The position numbers and the translations under genes are program-made. From Bryobacterales bacterium (lineage in GTDB: Bacteria > Acidobacteriota > Terriglobia > Bryobacterales > UBA6623): a DNA stretch of 64,000 nt. Position 1 is the first letter of the stretch. Each line of letters opens with the position of its first letter. Below, piece by piece: positions 60,351 to 64,000 of the stretch. The notes beneath the pieces are model-generated. The model searched no databases. It had not been told where the DNA came from and was given only the letters and a program-made list of their open reading frames with translations. The DNA lies in the NCBI GenBank assembly GCA_965207255.1, contig OZ242276.1:1017692-1081691 (forward strand), written 5' to 3'.

Positions 60351-60720
60351 CTTCGGCTAGCCTGAATTCCCAAGAGAGGTCCGAGATGTGACGGCCCCGG
60401 GGGAGGCCGCTGGTTCTGAACTATACAATTCGCGAAAACTGCGACAGACGGGCCGTAAGATTGTCAGACACAATGTGAATACATGAACCTATAATCATAC
60501 CGCTACCATCATCCATCCAGAGGCACGCCACCCGCCCCCGAGCAACTCCGATCCGCCTCGATCCCGCCTCGATTCGGACGAAACTCCCGCCGGTTCTGCC
60601 AGTTGCAGCCTGTTTTGGCCGAAAAACGGCCTGTTTTGGCCAAGTTTCTCCTCCCAGCCTTGGTTTCCCGCTTGACGCAAACATTCTATTATGATATTGT
60701 TTCATTGTGTTCATGGGTTC

Positions 60721-61269
60721 ATGGAAAAAATGACCGATCCGGCGGACCGCTTCCTCCAGCCCGCCTCCCCCCGCCAACGCCGCTACGAGGCCCTCCGCGC
60801 CCGCTTCGTCGACGGCTGCTCCACGGCCGAAGCTGCCGACCGCTTCGGCTACGCGCCCGGCAGCTTCCGCAATCTCTGCTCGCAGTTCCTGCGCAGCGAC
60901 GATCCTGCTTTCCTGTTCCCCCCCGAGCGGCCCGCGGCCGCGGCCGCCAGCCCCGCCTCCGACTCCGCCGCCAGAGCCCGCGAGCGGATCCTCGCCCTGC
61001 GCCAGGACGAGCTCTCCGTCCACGACATTGCCGCCCTGCTGCGCCGAGAAGGCCTGCCTCACAGCGTCGGCTTTGTCCACAAGGTCCTGCGCCAGCAAGG
61101 CCTGCCCAAACTTGCCCGCCGCTCCCCCGAGCAGCTGCCCGCCGTGCTCAACGCACCACTCGCCGACCGCCGCGCCCTCGACCTGCGCCCGCGCCGCTTG
61201 CGGACCGCCTTCGGCGGCCTGTTCCTGTTCGCCCCCGACCTGGTGTTGTTTCCCAAACTAATTCGATAG
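60721..61269 (+). pseudogene. N-terminal (HTH) part of an IS transposase, truncated by insertion of the downstream transposon
   Basis: HTH-like 'CSTAEAADRFGYAPGSFRNL' and 'LSVHDIAALLRREGL'. The sequence stops making sense after '..FGGLFLFAPDLV', where GC drops and a new element begins. The family is not determinable by eye. Confidence 0.5.
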
Positions 61270-61464
61270 ATCGTCGCTTTTTTGTGTCACATTATCTCGG
61301 GACGGATTGGATGAGAAAGCGAAGGAATGTGGGACGGATGTTGACTCCCTATTGCTTCCTGCAGTAGCCGCGGAGGCGCGCCTCAGGGTGCCATTTGCGG
61401 TAGCGCGGCCAACGCGCTTGGGCAGCAAGCCGCTAGGTGCCTGCGAGGTCGGCGCTGAGGTTGG

Positions 61465-62208
61465 ATGCGGGCCGCCGAGCGGTCTGTGCAAGCAGCACTG
61501 CACAGCGGATTGCGCTCGGCGGGCTGGTCGGGTGAAATAAGATGGCCCGCGCGATTCGAGGTCGCCGGGCCCGGACGGCGTATCCAGCTCCTATACGACA
61601 CCGATCTCACCGCCGCAGACTACGTTAAGCGCAAAGCGTGGTGGGATGCAAGTCCGCCTGCGTGTCCCTACCACCCGCAGGGCGGCTGTGGCTTGGTGGG
61701 GCATGGCACCTACGGGCGCAAGTTCCCGCATGGCGTGCGCGTGCGGCGCTTCCTGTGCCAGCAATCGGGGCAGACGGTCAGCCTGCTGCCGAAATGCCTG
61801 GCGGCGCACTGGAGCGGGACGCTGGCCGAAATCGAGCGGGTGGCGCGCGCGGCCGCTCAGGCCGCCAGCCAGCAAGCGGCGGCCGAGCAGTTGAGCGCGG
61901 AGTACATCGGCCCGGCCGGGGCGTTGCGCTGGCTGCGGCGGCGGGTGCGGGCGGTGCGGGCGTTCTTGCGGGCCGTGGGGACGGTCTGCCCGCAGCGCTG
62001 CGGGCAGCTGGAGCCGGACTTGGAGGCGTTCTCGGAGCGCCTCGGCGGGCAGCCGGTGCTGGCGCAGCTGCGGGTGCTGGCGGGGCCGTCGCTGAGCTCG
62101 CTGCCGGCCCCGGTCGGCTTCCAGCGGCGGTGGAATCCGGCGGGCAACCACGCTCCGGCCCACGCCCCACACGCGCAGGGGCTAGACCCGCCGCCGGCCA
62201 GCGCCTAG
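61465..62208 (+). CDS. Cys/His-rich hypothetical protein (possible zinc ribbon) leading the transposition module
   Basis: 'CPYHPQGGCGLVGHG......H......FLCQQ' cluster. The start codon is uncertain, and in ~70% GC DNA all six frames are open, so coding status is not secure. Confidence 0.4.
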   Translation: MRAAERSVQAALHSGLRSAGWSGEIRWPARFEVAGPGRRIQLLYDTDLTAADYVKRKAWWDASPPACPYHPQGGCGLVGHGTYGRKFPHGVRVRRFLCQQSGQTVSLLPKCLAAHWSGTLAEIERVARAAAQAASQQAAAEQLSAEYIGPAGALRWLRRRVRAVRAFLRAVGTVCPQRCGQLEPDLEAFSERLGGQPVLAQLRVLAGPSLSSLPAPVGFQRRWNPAGNHAPAHAPHAQGLDPPPASA

Positions 62209-62255
62209 CTTGGGGCAAAAGGGCCGCCCGAGCGCCCGCCCCAGGAGGAATTGGC

Positions 62256-63617
62256 ATGACCGACAACCCCGAAGACCGCCGCCGCGCAGTGGCCCTGTTC
62301 CGCTACAGCGTGATTGCGGAGGCGGTGTCCCTGCCGCCCGGCTCGCCCGAGCGCAGGCAGCTGCTGCGGGCCAAGGCCCAGCGCGAGTACGAGATCCCCG
62401 GCAGCCGCCGCACGCGGGTGGCCTTCGAGACCCTGCGCGACTGGCTGGCGCACTACGAACGCGGCGGCTTTGACGCGCTGTACCCCAAACTGCGCACCGA
62501 CCGCGGGCGCGCCCGGCGGCTGCCGCCGGAGGTGGCCGAGCTGCTGGTGCAGATCAAAGAGCGGTCACCCCATCTGGCGGTGCGCGAGGTCATCCGCCAG
62601 GCCCGCTCGCAGGTCCCGCCGGAGGTGCGCCTGGTGCCGTCCAGCATCCACCGCCTGTTGCAGCGCGAGGGGCTCATTGGGCACAGCGCCGCCGAGCCGG
62701 GCGGCTCCAAGGACCGCCGCCGCTTCGCCTACCAGGCGGGCGGGGAGCTCTGGATGAGCGATGTCCTGCACGGCCCCAAGGTCGGCTGCCAGGGCAGCGA
62801 CCGGCGGCGGCGCGCCAAGTCCTACTTGATCGCCTTCCTGGACGACGCCACGCGCCTGGTGCCGCACGCCGCCTTCACGCTCTCGGAGAATGCCGCCACG
62901 TTCCTGCCGGTCTTCAAGCAGGCCCTGCGCAAGCGCGGCCTGCCCACGCGCCTGTACGTCGACAACGGCAGCAATTACCGCTGCCAGCACCTGGCCGTGA
63001 TCTGCGCCACGCTCGGCATCCAATTGATCCACGCCAGGCCTTACCAGCCTCAAGGAAAGGGAAAAATCGAGAGATTTTTCAGGACCTGCCGGGCACAGTT
63101 GCTGCCCGCCCTCAACGACGCCGACACGCTCTCGCTGGACGCGCTCAACGCGCGCCTCGCCGTCTGGGTCGAGAGCGAGTACCATCTCAGCCCGCACCGC
63201 AGCCTGGACGGCGACACGCCCCTGCAGCGCTGGGCCAAGGATGCCGCCAACATCCGCCAGCTCAACCCGCAAACCGATCTCGACAGCCTCTTCCGCTTCC
63301 GTCTCAAGCGGCGCGTCAACAAGGACCGCACCGTCAGCCTCAACGCCACCCTCTACGAGGTCGAGGCCGCCCTGGTCGGCGAGACCATCGTCCTGCTGCA
63401 CGACCCCAGCCTGCCCCGCCTGCGGCCGATCCCCGTGCTGCACGACGGCCGCCCGGCCGGTCAGGCCACGCTGCTCGACGCTTACGCCAACACGCGCGTG
63501 CGGCGCACGCGCGCCAGCGAGCGCCCGGCCCAGCCCGAGCAGCCCGCGCCGGAGCCGCCCAAATCCCCCCTGCAACTGCGCAACCTGCGCGCCCGCAAGC
63601 CGCCGGAGAACGACTGA
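62256..63617 (+). CDS. DDE (rve/integrase-core) transposase, Mu A / TniA-like
   Basis: 'aggagg' RBS 8 nt upstream of the ATG. 'WMSDV', 'DNGSNY' and 'PYQPQGKGKIERFF' are the D, D, E blocks. A Mu-transposase-like C-terminal domain follows. Confidence 0.85.
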   Translation: MTDNPEDRRRAVALFRYSVIAEAVSLPPGSPERRQLLRAKAQREYEIPGSRRTRVAFETLRDWLAHYERGGFDALYPKLRTDRGRARRLPPEVAELLVQIKERSPHLAVREVIRQARSQVPPEVRLVPSSIHRLLQREGLIGHSAAEPGGSKDRRRFAYQAGGELWMSDVLHGPKVGCQGSDRRRRAKSYLIAFLDDATRLVPHAAFTLSENAATFLPVFKQALRKRGLPTRLYVDNGSNYRCQHLAVICATLGIQLIHARPYQPQGKGKIERFFRTCRAQLLPALNDADTLSLDALNARLAVWVESEYHLSPHRSLDGDTPLQRWAKDAANIRQLNPQTDLDSLFRFRLKRRVNKDRTVSLNATLYEVEAALVGETIVLLHDPSLPRLRPIPVLHDGRPAGQATLLDAYANTRVRRTRASERPAQPEQPAPEPPKSPLQLRNLRARKPPEND

Positions 63618-64000
63618 TGTACCTGTCCCACTTCGCCCTCACCCAGTTCCCCTTCGAAGCCTCCCTGCACCACGACCAGCTGTTCGCCTCCCGGGCCGCC
63701 GGCGAGACCGAGTCGCGCCTCCAGCACTTGGTCGAGCTGCGCGGCATCGGCCTGCTCACCGGCGAGGCCGGCTGCGGCAAGACCTCGCTCTGCCGGCGCG
63801 TCACCAAAGCCTTGCACCCCGGCACCCACCGCGTGCATTACGTAGCCCTGTCGACCGGCTCGGTGCTCGACACCTACCAAGCCATCGCCTGGGAACTCGG
63901 CCTGGCCACCGTGCGCACCAGGGCCGCCGCCTACCGCGCCATCCGCACCGAAATCTCGCGCCTGGCCGGCGAGGCCAAGCAACTCCCCGTGCTGGTCATC
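63617..64000 (+). CDS. ExeA/TniB-like AAA ATPase (3' end outside the window)
   Basis: 'MYLSHFALTQFPF' N-terminus and Walker A 'GEAGCGKTS'. ATGA-type start/stop overlap with the transposase. Confidence 0.8.
   Translation, partial: MYLSHFALTQFPFEASLHHDQLFASRAAGETESRLQHLVELRGIGLLTGEAGCGKTSLCRRVTKALHPGTHRVHYVALSTGSVLDTYQAIAWELGLATVRTRAAAYRAIRTEISRLAGEAKQLPVLVI

Larger units (their letters stand above)
61245..64000 (+). mobile_element. Mu/Tn7(Tn5053)-like transposon, left end and first three genes (continues beyond the window)
   Basis: Abrupt AT-rich end starting 'tgttgtttccc', with two 'gggacggat' motifs 32 bp apart. A Cys-rich ORF, an rve-type DDE transposase and an overlapping AAA ATPase follow. 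The left boundary is approximate. Confidence 0.6.

Overview
This is a high-GC (roughly 60-65% by eye), gene-dense chromosomal window from a Gram-negative bacterium, with lpxA-lpxI at the left edge. The gene content includes a PSCyt1-type cytochrome-c/beta-propeller protein, an arylsulfatase, many Tat-signal Gfo/Idh/MocA and TIM-barrel enzymes, and DUF1499/DUF1697/DUF3604 proteins. That mix is reminiscent of Planctomycetota/Acidobacteriota/Verrucomicrobiota-type genomes, but I cannot assign taxonomy from sequence alone. Most of the window is ordinary housekeeping or catabolic DNA: thiC, thrB, pfk, nuoA, rsfS, tyrA, a chorismate mutase, trpA, solute symporters, and enolase-superfamily/amidohydrolase/oxidoreductase clusters. 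Four accessory patches stand out. (i) 11.1-16.9 kb is a small defence/TA islet. It holds DarT-DarG, a DUF4143 AAA ATPase, an MNT/HEPN pair, a 5'-truncated group II intron, a TnpB fragment, and an unexplained ~1 kb ORF-poor leader. (ii) 19.9-24.1 kb holds an ~855 bp direct repeat, which gives two intact DUF1697 paralogues. The repeat brackets ~2.5 kb of foreign-looking DNA carrying an IS4-like scrap, a tRNA 3'-end-like scrap, an outer-membrane protein gene, and a frame with three in-frame stops. (iii) 53.0-54.7 kb is an IS1595-family element with an 8 bp target duplication, splitting a low-GC membrane-protein gene. (iv) 60.4-64.0 kb holds nested mobile elements next to an ACC-deaminase gene: a truncated IS transposase interrupted by a Mu/Tn7-like DDE transposase plus AAA ATPase module that runs off the window. 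I did not find a clean multi-gene system that I can defend as previously undescribed. The best leads are the DarT catalytic-site substitution, the ORF-poor structured region upstream of darT, the repeat-bracketed insertion, and the transposon-associated Cys-rich ORF. All functional calls come from motif recognition by eye on the supplied translations; no database search was run.
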